A stretch of 63,727 nucleotides of DNA, counting the filler, from Lenisia limosa (taxonomy: Eukaryota > Protista > Breviatea): assembly GCA_001655205.1 (NCBI GenBank). It is 13 parts of 13 records of this genome, joined end to end, with 100 filler letters (N's around TTAATTAATTAA, not from the genome) between each part and the next. Parts side by side here need not be neighbours in the genome. Positions count along the whole stretch, not along the records: positions 32,700 to 49,395 come from LPNZ01008624.1; positions 49,496 to 50,833 come from LPNZ01008950.1; positions 50,934 to 54,079 come from LPNZ01011715.1; 10 more parts are not named here. One strand, written 5' to 3'. The number at the start of each line of letters is the position of its first letter. Position 1 is the stretch's first letter. Both the position numbers and the translations under genes were made by a program. Positions 42,329-54,179 of this stretch are shown in pieces. Under the pieces are notes generated by a model, which was not told the origin of the DNA, ran no database searches, and saw only the letters and a program-made list of their open reading frames with translations.

Positions 42329-44860
42329 AAGCGAAGTTCCAATCAGAAATGTCGGCAGGCCTGAATTTCTCGGCATGTTGAGTTGCTTCTACTGAACGAG
42401 AAGCTCAAGAACCTGAATGAAGAAGGTGTTGCTGTTATCAATATTCTTCCAACAAAACTGGGACGGGAGATAAAAATCCAAAGAGAGGACGAAAGCGACT
42501 TGGATTTTCAGGTAATTCATTTTAATAACTGTATTTTTGTGTTTGAAGGATCCTTTTATTACCCGTGTATCAAATCTTTTGGTTTTTTATTTTGCATTGT
42601 GTCTTTTTCTTTTCGAATATCGTGATTCTTTTTGTTTCCTTGCAAGTCTATAATTTTATTAAAATTAGACAAAATATAATGAGATTGTGTTTGTTGTATT
42701 CTTGCTGAAATATTCCTTCAATCTTGTTCACAAATTGTTTTCTTTCAACTTACATGGATAGCTTCGCCTTCCTTTTGTTGGAGATCGCGATTGGACCACC
42801 AAATTTTTGGCCACTCAAAATTATAAAGTTGCCAAATGAATCGATTATATTCAACTTTAAGTTCTAAAGTAGCTATTCATGATTCTCCTGAGCGCATTGT
42901 GGAATCATTCAGAGGACTTTTTCAAGTAATGGCATTGGTACAAATCCACAATGCTCTAATGGAAGATCCATCCACCGTGAAAGACTGGAGTTTTGTGGCC
43001 ATCTTTGGATGTCCTGTTCTTGTCCCCCCACCTGTTTGTCGGTTGGTAAACGTGGATGAGACCGACGTGCCAGCCTCAATTGCTCTCGATAACCTTGTAC
43101 AACCATCCGGTACTTTACTCACCAGGTTTTCTTATATTTTTTAAAATTTTATATCATTTCATAACACCAAGGCGAAGGCCCCAGCCACCAAAATCACCGT
43201 AACCCTCGCTATTACCGCTGCTGGATCTTACTCCACTTGTCAGGTCATTGTTGGCAACAAGATGTTACCTGTCGAAGCAGTGAACACACTTCTTGGGTAT
43301 GATCATGTTCCCATTGTAATATTATGTTTCCAGTTGGATTTTAATAATTGACCATAATAATATTTATATGCAAAAGTCATCAATTTGGGTGTTCAAATCT
43401 ACAATTACATTTGTGTTGCTGCATCACATGTTGTTGTGAAATAATAATATAATTATGCACAGACTCTTGTCAATGTTTGCCATGCGAAAGCTACCGGCCG
43501 AAAGCTGTTGCCTCCGCTGTTACCTATGCGGAGAAGAGAGCCAACAAGGCAACAAATCGTCATGCCATAAAGTACGCGACACAGAAGTCAGAAAAGGTGA
43601 CTGAAGGTGTGTTAACGAAGCTCGGAGACGATTTTGTCTGCCTGTGGATACATGCTGCTCCAACTGTTTGCTACACCGAAAAGGCTTTTCAGGTGTGATC
43701 TTGAACAATTTTTTTTTTAATTTTTGCTGACACAGACCCAACAGTCACAGAAATCCATGGTGAAATGGATTATTCGCGCCATTTCATCGTGCCGCCACAA
43801 CCCACTGCTCACAACCGGTAGATGACGGGACTTAACACACTACTTTTGTACATACACACTGGAAGCGCTTACTAGTAGTTCTGTATATACTCACATGTGG
43901 CCATCACAGCTCATGCACCCAGGTTAGGAGGGTCTGATTAATTTGGAATTTAATTTTTGCAGCTTGTTGACAATAGTGTTGCCGCTGCATTCAAAAAGGC
44001 ATGTGCCGAATACAATGCTAGTGCTGTTGTTGCTGACAAAGCGATTCTTCGTCAAGGTGTTCTCTCTCAATCGATACGTGTATAACAACTCTTTGTAAGG
44101 CGACTGTCGCAATCCCCAAAAAGACTGTCCCTAGTTCTTTCTTCACAACAGGCGTCATCACCAACGTAACACCACTTTACTACTACTCTTCCAATCAAAT
44201 TATATGACTGTTCGGCAAGTTCGGTGGCAAAACCAGAGGGCGTCACATAGGTGAATCCTTTTGCAATCAAGAGTCACCTGTATGGCGGGTGCACCGCAAC
44301 CCGAAGCCCTGAGTTGCCCAAGCACAAGAAGATCCTCATTGGTGACCTTGGACGTGAAGTTAACCTCTCACGATCCGTCGGCTCATGTTTTGATGTCAGT
44401 CCGAATGTATGCTCCCCGACTCGCCGCCACCACATGCCATCAATTGTCAAAGATAAGCCGTCGATCTCTTACAGGTTGAAGCACATGAAAAAGAAGATAC
44501 TGATGAATCGCATGCGATGATATTCAGCCAAGAAAATATTGACCCAACAGGCAATCATGAAGGCCAAATTTATCGATATGAATCCCTGGATGGAAGTAAC
44601 CAAAGATGAGACTAAGAGAGTTTGAATTGAGCCAGTACGTCCATAATCTGACTTCTGTGGATGTTATCGAAGGAGCTCGTTTATTTGAAAGAAAGAAAAA
44701 GGAGGAAGAGAAGGAAAAAGAAGAGAACCTAAAAAAACTGAAAAAAAAACTGAAAAACCCATCCACTCCGAGGCAGCGAAACTGTCATTACACCCATCCA
44801 CTCCGAGGCAGCGAAACTGTCATTACACCTACGTCGTGGTACTGTATACAGATGTGATTA
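42329..44860 (+). mobile_element. pogo/Tc1-mariner superfamily (DDE_1) transposase pseudogene, intron-containing, DD35D
   Basis: HTH-like KNLNEEGVAV (42329-42511). NVDET with Asp at 43055-43057, KITVTLAITAAG, DDGT*H with Asp at 43821-43823 and premature TAA 43833-43835, Q|LVDNSVAAAFKK with Asp at 43969-43971 across intron 43923-43962. 35 residues between Asp2 and Asp3. K/E-rich tail. No TIRs located. Confidence 0.75.
44758..44827. repeat. Perfect 35-bp tandem duplication
   Basis: cccatccactccgaggcagcgaaactgtcattaca x2. Confidence 0.9.
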
Positions 44861-45556
44861 GCAAGTTTTCTTGGGTTTGTGACTGGAATAGCATTCAGAT
44901 GCTGGATTGCTTTACTCTCAATAGTTATTTACTGAGTTTTATTCTTTGGTAAATAATTCCTGTATGTCCTCATTTGAGTGCTCAGGTTGTATTTCTTTCT
45001 CTTTCAGCCTATTTCATCACATGATTTGATTTTTTGTTAATGTGAAATGGTTAGTTTCAAGAGGAGCAATCTCACGTATTTGTTCGTAGTAATGTCTTAG
45101 GTGGTCAAACCCGAAGAAACAGTTTTTGACTGATGCTGATGTCTCCCCTAATGTTGTATGTTTGAAGATACATGTGAGGTACATGATTGATGGATGGTTA
45201 CTTTCGTATTTTTTTTTTCTCTCTCAATTTTACATCTGATTGTTACATTTCGAATCTGAAAAAGTGCCGATAGGTAGGTAAAGATATTGAGGTATTCAAT
45301 GTTTTTCTCGACCAAGCCCGAAACAAAGCAAGTATACGCTCATTAAGTGATACAAGAATCATTATTGCCCTCCAACTGAAAGAAACCATAACATACTGCG
45401 CAATGATTGTGAAGGAGTCCGCCTTCCGTCTCGCACCATTTAGAATCAGTTTGGTCAGTTATACAATGGTATTTTTTCGCAATCATAACAGCCATCAAAC
45501 TTGAATTTTGAACTATTGTTCAAAATAAAAACAATTCAGATTTCTTGCATTATTAG

Positions 45557-47660
45557 GTACTGCATCGAGTACCTTGGAGGCAAATCTCGACTGGCTAGGT
45601 GGGGGGGACTGTTTGAAAAAAACCAAACAATTCTTCATTTTAGCATTTCCACCATCTGGATTCACTATTCTTATCCATTGTGTATTGACCCTTCAGAGGA
45701 ACAAATTGGCGATTTCGACGACGATGACGTCATATTCGACTGTCCTGGGAAGTGGGGAACTTGCTACATGGGGTTTAAACGCCAGTGAAATATCGGGATA
45801 TATTGAAGATTTGGGACTGTGGTGTTAGTATAATGAGCTGGAGAAGGAGGATTAGTGTTTCGGTTTATTAAAGATAATTGGCATTTCTGAATAGCTACTT
45901 GGATGACTAACCGCCTAGGGCAAATTGAGCTCTACAGTCACATTCCAGCAATGAGAAATATCTGTTGGGGGGGGGGGAGGGTCATTTGGATGACAGGGTT
46001 TTCTTTCTCATTTATTACCCTTTTTTCTCCAGTTTGTGGTTTGATTCATTTTCTTGATCCGAGATCAAACAAGCACATAGAAATAAGCACCTATTCTTTT
46101 TAGAGCTAGGTACAAAAGCAGTTCAAAGTAGTATTATTAAAACAAGCTTTTTCCCAATCAATGGAATGAGCAGTAAAAGAAGAAACAGAAACAAATGACG
46201 TGTTATGGATTGTAACACCATCGGTTGTAGTAGAAAATTCGGCAGGGTGGCAATTGCGAATATATTTTAAATTAAGATTAAAGTTGATCAAGCATAGAAT
46301 GATAAAACAGCTTACTTCTTTGCGCATCAGGTCAGTGTAACAGTATAGGAGAACAATAATTATGTGGCATAACATAATGAAACGCTTGGAATCTGTTGTA
46401 ACGACCGGGTTGTTTGAAACACAACCCCAGCGTCAGTTAAAATGGGGTATGCTCCCTCCCCTATTGTAAACTGAACAACAAATTCAGATATTTGTTGTAT
46501 AATCAAAGCCTTCATCAAATATGTTATTACACTAAATAATAACATCACCCGGTCATCTGGTTTAGGGATGCAACAAGTTCCAAGTCAAGATAACACAACT
46601 AAGATGAAATGCTTCCAAACAATTGAATTACCTTTCAGGTTATTGCATGTGCCCACTGTTTGATTAATATATCAACTATATTTGCCCTCTCCTTTGATTT
46701 GCTTCGAGAAATTCGTTTCACCCCCAATATTCTTCATCGAAATTTCCTTCGTTTTANNNNNNNNNNGATATTGGTTTGTGAGTAGTACCTTTACGCCAAT
46801 ATTCTTCATCGAAATTTCCTTCGTTTTATCCCCCCTCCCCCCAGATACCTGGATCTGAACCTCATTGCTTTGAAAGACGATCTCAACCACCAAGGCAGCA
46901 AAATGACGGACAACCTCAACAACGCCATTCTCACACTGCTTGACGAGTACTCATTGGTCTCCTTCCACCCCCTCAACCTTAGAGATCCCGACTCCATCAG
47001 GTGCATTGGAGTGAGGGATGCTGCAGAGCGACTGGCCTGGGCTTTTTTTGTTTGATGTTATCGACCCTTGTGTATTGTCAGCCAACAGAGTTGATTTGGG
47101 TTTTTTTTTTGTTTCATAAATTCTCCAATTTTACTCCCCCCCNNNNNNNNNNTATCTCCTTGATGCCCATTTCATGACCGACGCCACCAAATTCATCTCA
47201 GTGAGGGGAAGGCTTTGTATCATCCCAGTGAGGGGGAGGCTTTGTTTTTATGGTGGTGGTTGGGCTCTTAGCTATTTATTATTTTGTTTGTGGCTTTAGT
47301 GGTATGGGGAGAGGCGGGTATGTTAATGATATGTTGTTATGAATCCATCTCTAGCGATAAAATCGAAATCACAGAAAAGTTGATAGCATGGACGGCTTCT
47401 GTCAGATACCTCCTTTTCTTTCCATTCCTCCTTTCACAACCCAAGGGAGCCCTGCAAGCCATGAACGCCATGATTTGTTTGGAGCTGCCGCATGTCAACG
47501 TCGTGTCCAAAATGGACCTCATCCCCGAAGAGGGGCAGCGAAGGTTGCAGAAGTGAGGGGGGGGGGGGGCNNNNNNNNNNTTGTTGTGTGGGCGGCAGAG
47601 TTATTTGACACGCTAACTCTGACACATTCCAGAAAGAGATATGAATGATGAAGAAACCAA
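45557..47660 (+). CDS. GPN3: GPN-loop GTPase 3 (exons out of order across 10-N gaps; one apparent frameshift and one GG donor)
   Basis: YCIEYL/EANLDWL, EEQIGDFDDDDVIFDCPG|QIELYSHIPAMRNI, YLLDAHFMTDATKFIS|GALQAMNAMICLELPHVNVVSKMDL, LNNAILTLLDEYSLVSFHPLNLRDPDSI. GPN3 is preferred over GPN2 by eye. Confidence 0.85.
46770..46844 (+). mobile_element. Repeat family F (about 70 nt, non-TIR, 3'-splice-site-adjacent)
   Basis: Consensus attattcggttcgtgataagtacctttacgccaatattcttcatcgaaatttccttcgttttat(C)n. Copies: 46720-46756+, 46770-46844+, 49975-50040+, 52438-52459-, 53186-53200-, 54829-54886+, 56098-56160+, 57025-57100-. Confidence 0.85.
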
Positions 47661-48849
47661 GTTGAACACCATGATCAACGGAGGGGCAGTCTAAGGAAAC
47701 GCAAGGTTCATCACAATTGCTAAGAAGTAAGTCGGAATAAACCGACTGTCGTGTAATGTAAGAGTCTTTCTTGTAATGAGGCGGTCTTTTGACACATTGG
47801 CGGGGGGATTTGGATCTGAAGCTCGCAGTCTCCATTGAAACCCTTGATCCCGTGACCAAAGATGTCGGCCAAAGTGTTTGTTTTTTACCAGGTTGTTCAT
47901 GAAGTCCTCCTGTTTCTGTCGTTTGCTCTGGATGTTTCTGTGTAATGCCAATATTATTTCCTTGCTACATTGTCATTGCTACTGCCCATCTCTGGCTCTA
48001 TTTCTGCATATGAATATATTTATGGCATGTAATGATCCTGTCTCTTGGTCATTGAAAATAGCGATGCTCTTCCTCTTTTCATCAATACATTAGTTTATCA
48101 ATATTTTGGATTGCGAGGTGGTATTAGTTTCATTTCTGCAAAAAATGTAAATATTTATTTGATAACTTATTGAATATATTAACGTTCCATTCCAAAAATG
48201 ATAAAATGGGGGGAGGAAAGACTGGCTAATTGCTTGTAGTCAATCACTGGATCTCTATGATCCTAGTTTCAAGAGAGACTTTACTGCAAAAAAATAAAAC
48301 ACTTGTTGAACACTTAGTGAAGCTCTACGTTCCTGTTTCCTACTATAGTACTTTCTCCAGAAGGTAAAAGACAAAATGATATATTTAAACTTAAATGAGA
48401 TTAATAATTCGAAGTTCAGTCAATATACTCTCAACTGCTAGTGCAAATACCTGTTGACTACCCTGGGTTAGGTAATATAATCAAAAAAACTGTAATAAGC
48501 TCAAATGAAATAACTTGTGATAATGGAATTGAAGAGACAATCACACGCACTACAATAGTAGAATTTTCCAGAGAATAACACTAAAACGATTAAATATATA
48601 CAAGAAAACCAACTGTGAAAATGAGGCTTGTTGCACGTCGTTTGAGAGAGCCTCTTTTGGACAAAATTGATTCAAGCTAAAAGATACTCACACAAAAAGA
48701 GAATATAATTAATCATAGATGTATATCATATGTGAATTGTGATTGTTTTTTGTCTCTTTTCTCTTTAATGTTGAACGTTTCGCGAAAACACAACAAAAAT
48801 GAAACTGAATAAAAGGGTGTAGTTTTCCTGGCGTTAAATCGAATATATA

Positions 48850-49265
48850 GATAAAAAAGTTAAAACCGCGAACAAAAAGAAGGCTTTTCATTTCAATTTT
48901 TGAGCCAATACGCTCCTTATTTACTACATTTTCTCCAAAAATGCAGATTCGAATTCTCCTTAAAAATCTGCGTTTCAAAAGTGGGGCACTTTAATAGGCT
49001 CAAAATGCTATTATTCTGAAAGAGGGGGTTTCAAAAAAAAATTTCGCGTAAAGGAAACTGGGTGACTCCGGCCGGGTTCGATTCTGATCAAAAGATCTTT
49101 TTTTTCGATCAATTTTTTTCTTTTTGCTCAAAATTTCTTTGTTTTGATGTTTTTGATTTTCTAGTACTCAAAACTGCCGAATAAAGGGTGTTATTGAAGC
49201 GATTTATGTCGATTATTGGCTTGTTAGCGGTTTTAATCATGTTCGCTTTTAAACACCAACCTACA
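48850..49265. repeat. Repeat family G, possibly a about 400-bp TIR element
   Basis: aggttggtgtttaaaaccgcgaacatgattaaaaccgcgaacaa occurs at 54020-54063 (+), 49215-49263 (-) and partially at 48860-48890 (+). Confidence 0.6.
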
Positions 49266-49547
49266 TGTATATCGATAAAAAATAGTATACTATATTCAAA
49301 TATTATGAATGTATATATGATATATGTATCTGTATTATACATATGCTACCGACACTAAACCCGATTTTACCCGATTTTTTATAAATTCCCATTTTNNNNN
49401 NNNNNNNNNNNNNNNNNNNNNNNNNNNNNNNNNNNNNNNTTAATTAATTAANNNNNNNNNNNNNNNNNNNNNNNNNNNNNNNNNNNNNNNNNNNNTAGGC
49501 TTTTTTTTTAATTTCATAATCTTCCACCCCCTCTCTGTTTTTTATTT

Positions 49548-50197
49548 CACTTTTTAGGCCATCCTTCAGCCCCGTTCCATATGTAAGTATGGGCGTCTAT
49601 AAATATAAATACATAGTTGAGATACACAAGAATATATGCATAATATATAGTTTAAGTAGTATATATATTACTATGTATACAGTTAAATTAATTAACTCTT
49701 ATTTTCCTCCCGCCCCTCATATGGTCTTGATATTCACAAGAACATATAAATTATTGAGATACTATGAATTAATTAACTCATATTGCTCAGCCCCATCCCG
49801 TCCCTCCCCATCGCGCAACTCAAGACACCCTGATATGGACTTAGACGGTAGGTACTTTGTTTGGCAATTACAACCAAGGATAGCATAATTATTAATTATT
49901 AGGACTGCATGCAGTTTATTATTCTGGGGTTTTTTTTTTTGTTGTTGTTTCGTAATGTTCCAGTTTTACATTGGGTTCTGATAAGTGCCTTTACGCCAAT
50001 ATTCTTCATCATATATCTTTAGTTTTACCCCCCCCCCCCANNNNNNNNNNNNNNNNNNNNNNNNNNNNNNNNNNNNNNNNNNNNNNNNNNNNNNNNNNNN
50101 NNNNNNNNNNNNNNNNNNNNNNNNAGGGTATCAGCAACAACTTCGACAACGAACAGGTTCTTCTCTCACCCCAAAGGTTGGTTGAAATGTGTCACAA
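49548..50197 (+). CDS. Exons of an unidentified protein
   Basis: Short frames bounded by AG/GT (GHPSAPFH; GISNNFDNEQVLLSPQRLVEMCHN|gtggga); no family recognised. Confidence 0.4.
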
Positions 50198-51530
50198 TGT
50201 GGGATATTTAATTATGGATTTTTGGATATTCATGGATTTATGGATTTTTGAATATTGTTCAGATTTTGCTATATGCGCCCTAAAGGTCCATTAGATTGTA
50301 AGACATATTCTTGGGTGAAGTAATCCAATATCTCTTATAAGAGTGATGTGGACGGCTTCGGCCAGAAACAACCTTATAATATAATTAACCTATATCACCC
50401 AATAAAGTGATGTAGTATTTGATGAAATTTGACATTTTCTCAAATTTCCCCCTTCTTATTCTTAAATTTTCAATTCTGTCATTTGCCAATATTATTACAT
50501 TTTTTTCTGACATTTTCCTTCGTATTCTTCCAATTTCTGTATTCTTCTGATTTAATTGCCAAAATTCTGCTATTTTAATCTGACCATTTTCAGTGCACGG
50601 TCGCATTTCGAGTCGAAATCCAGCCCAAACATTCCAAGATCCAAGCATAGGGTTTGGGGTATTGTTTGGTTTGTCAAATAAATAGGGTGTTTTGTTTGTT
50701 TTTTAGCGTCTGTAGTGCAAAACAAGTTAAATAAGAAGTGAGAAGTGGTGTTTTAGTGAATAATGAAGTCAATTTTTTTTTTTTTTCTCATTTCTGTACA
50801 TATATAATGAAGCTCATTGTTACAATAGTGTAANNNNNNNNNNNNNNNNNNNNNNNNNNNNNNNNNNNNNNNNNNNNTTAATTAATTAANNNNNNNNNNN
50901 NNNNNNNNNNNNNNNNNNNNNNNNNNNNNNNNNATGATTTATCCAGGAATTATTGAAGATTTATCTAAGCTGTCTATTTCTAGTGCAGCATAAGTTTCAA
51001 AGCGATTTTGTCCGAATTTACTTTGAGAAGGGAATGATCGAAAATCCAATTCAGGCTTGTGAATATTACATCATCCTTTCAGTCCCAGAAAAGACCGAAT
51101 CTCTCGATAAATCCTCGAAAAATATCGATATTTTCGGTCTTTTTGGAATGTAGGGAAGCCCAACATAACAAGCCTGATCCAAGATAAATCAGATCCGCCA
51201 AACTCCGGAAAAATCCCTGAAAAGAAAAAAGAAAAAGAAACACTCAGAGGTCATTTCGGTTTAGATGCTAGCTCAAAAGAAAAAAAAAAGCATTTTGAAA
51301 AAGGCCTTTTTTGGATCTCGACATTTACAGTTTGAACCATTTTTAACAAGGTGGAGGGGAGGAGGGGGGGGGGGGCATAGCANNNNNNNNNNNNNNNNNN
51401 NNNNNNNNNNNNNNNNNNNNNNNNNNNNNNNNNNNNNNNNNNNNNNNNNNNNNNNNNNNNNNNNNNNNNNNNNNNNNNNNNNNNNAAAAAGTCCCCGTCT
51501 TGATCCAGCATACCCCAGAAGAAAAGCCGC

Positions 51531-53924
51531 ATTATTCAAACATTTCGGCCACAATGGCCAAAATGGCCTGAATACTGGGGCCAGCTTTGGCCATTATTAC
51601 CACCCCCGCCGCGCACCCCCCACCTTCATTCTCATCGACTCGAACACGACATCGTCATTGGTTTGTCCCAGCGCGGCCTCGCGGTCTGTTTCCGGGCCGC
51701 CGGCTAGTAATTCGTCCGGTTCCGACTCAGAATCTGAGGTTGGTTCCGAGGCTGTTAAATTGGTGATTTCTAAATTTCTAGAGAAATTTCTCTATTTTGC
51801 AAAGGTTTTTGAAGTTAATGGGTTACTATTGGTAATGTCTCGAGAAATTTCGACATTTAAACCTTGATTCAATTGAAAAAGAATGGTTTTTTTGAAGAAT
51901 ATTATTTATTTAAACAAAATAGCTCCCAACGGAAACGATGCCGCAGCAACAACTGTGAATTTTTGGGTAGTCAACCGCTTGATCTAGATGATCCTAGTTT
52001 AAATAGAGTTTACTGCAAAAAAAAAAAAAGAATTTGGATGCGTTTTTTTATTTCTACCTTGAATGATATATACAATGCCGTGATATTTCCTGACAAGTTT
52101 TCTGAAGATTAAGCTCAATATCTGTCAGAGTCTGTGTAGGGCTTTACTTCGGTCCAACATATACTAAGGGCTTCATTTCGGTTTATAAAAACTGAATTTC
52201 TCGATAAATCCTCGAAAACTATCGATATTTTACCAGTCTTTTTCGAACCGAAGTGAAGCCCTAATTAGGAATACAAACAACAACCCTCCCCCACCAGCCT
52301 CGGGGACCGGCTCATCTCTTGCAGAACCAGTGACGGGCAACTTTTCTGGGGGGAATAAAACGAAGGAAATTTATGAAACAAAAAGGCCCAGAATCCACTC
52401 TGTTGGTAGACAACACACAAGGGTGATAACAACAAAACTAAAATGAAGGAAATTTCGATNNNNNNNNNNNNNNNNNNNNNNNNNNNNNNNNNNNNNNNNN
52501 NNNNNNNNNNNNNNNNNNNNNNNNNNNNNNNNNNNNNNNNNNNNNNNNNNNNNNNNNNNNNNNNNNNNNNNNNNNNNNNNNNNNNNNNNNNNNNNNNNNN
52601 NNNNNNNNNNNNNNNNNNNNNNNNNNNNNNNNNNNNNNNNNNNNNNNNNNNNNNNNNNNGTTTCTCAGAAGTCTCAGCTGCCCCATCTAAAAGGGATTTG
52701 TGTTAATGCACACACATTGTATATCATATATATCATATACATGTATCATAATCATCTATCATATGATCTAGTATACATATTTATGACCGGGATAAATCTT
52801 GACCGATTTTTCTTGGCAAATCAGAGAGCAAATCGGTCAAGACTTATCCAAGTCACTGTAAATCACATATAAATGCATATGATATGATACAAAAGAGTAT
52901 GTGTTGTATATCAATAATATATAAGAATAAACAGAGCCTACATACACATTTGTATGTTTACATAATAGTTTATGATATGTTATAATATATAGTAAAGCAT
53001 ATTATAATAAACAGAGCCTACACATACATAATAATAAATATGATATACATTTATAAAGCAGTATGTGTAATAAACCGAGCCTACTTGGTTTCATTTGAGC
53101 CACAACGGTTTGCATGTCCTGAAGAAGCGACTTTTCCGCCTCCAGGAAGTCTATGCTCGTCTGGGGGGGGGGGGGNNNNNNNNNNCACGAACCGAATAAT
53201 CTGAAACACCACACAAACAGTAAAATTGAAAATTTATGAAACAAACAAAGACCACAGCAGAGTTGAAGTAATATGTCAACTACAGCGCATTGATTTGTGA
53301 TTCTTATGATAATGTGGGAGCCCACAACTATTTTTCAAAATCCCCCCCCCCCCCNNNNNNNNNNNNNNNNNNNNNNNNNNNNNNNNNNNNNNNNNNNNNN
53401 NNNNNNNNNNNNNNNNNNNNNNNNNNNNNNNNNNNNTCGATAGTTTTCGAGGATTTATCGAGAAATTGAGTCTTTTTTCGAACCGAAGTAAAGCCCTAAA
53501 TATTATACTCATCTCATATCATTTAGCTTTGGAATTACCTGGATTTGGATAGAGAGGGCATCTTGAAGGGTCTCTCTCACGAAGTTGTCCAAGTTGGCCT
53601 TGCTCTCACCCGTGTCTACTAGCAGCTTTTGCTCGTCTTCTACAGGACGTTACAGTTTGTTACTATACCGCTTGAACAGCTCACCGTACCATTATTCACT
53701 ATCTAGGGCTTTACCACAGTCATATGAAGTATTATCTATGACATATGTACCCCCAGGAAACAAGATATGATATAGGATATAGGATAATAGTATTGTGTAT
53801 CCCACATTGTACACCAACTTATTATATCTATAATAATAATGATGCCCCCCTCCCACGTTGCGCGTTTTGAAGCTGGGCTTTCATAACGGATAAGTTCGCT
53901 TCGAGCTTGGAGACTTTCACATTA
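51531..53924 (-). CDS. Unknown coiled-coil protein, 3' exons
   Basis: Minus-strand exons with (C)nAG acceptors and GT(G)n donors: LKGDNVKVSKLEANLSVMKAQLQNAQ, EDEQKLLVDTGESKANLDNFVRE, TSIDFLEAEKSLLQDMQTVVAQMKP, DDVVFESMRMK|AILAIVAEMFE*. Confidence 0.55.
52168..52261. mobile_element. MITE family A (about 95 bp, TIR GGGCTTCACTTCGGTT..., often TA-flanked); reference copy
   Basis: TIRs gggcttca(c)ttcggt / accgaagtgaagccc with core aatatcgatagttttcgaggatttatcgagaaattcagtc. Copies: 17071-17160, 19034-19105, 21255-21344, 29078-29174, 29935-30029, 30731-30823, 31701-31793, 51076-51161, 53438-53496, 56492-56591, 56714-56811, 58117-58212, 59717-59785, 61089-61182, 61904-61999. TA on both sides at 29935, 58117 and 61089. 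Confidence 0.92.
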
Positions 53925-54179
53925 TCGCCTTTTAACTGGAGAAGTGAGGGGTCAAAAGACAGAATTCTCTACCGTATCATGTAATATTATACGTACATAT
54001 ATCGATATGTAATATATGAAGGTTGGTGTTTAAAACCGCGAACATGATTAAAACCGCGAACAAAAAAGGAGGCTTTTCTNNNNNNNNNNNNNNNNNNNNN
54101 NNNNNNNNNNNNNNNNNNNNNNNTTAATTAATTAANNNNNNNNNNNNNNNNNNNNNNNNNNNNNNNNNNNNNNNNNNNN

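Noticed and set aside
46757-47580. GPN3 exons out of order (apparent exon scrambling or trans-splicing)
   Set aside because: Every order break coincides with a 10-N placeholder gap flanked by family F/C repeats or G/C runs. Scaffolder misplacement is the simpler explanation; long reads would settle it.
49055-49100. B-box-like GGGTTCGATTC suggesting a tRNA or tRNA-derived SINE
   Set aside because: No A box, cloverleaf or anticodon arm could be built.
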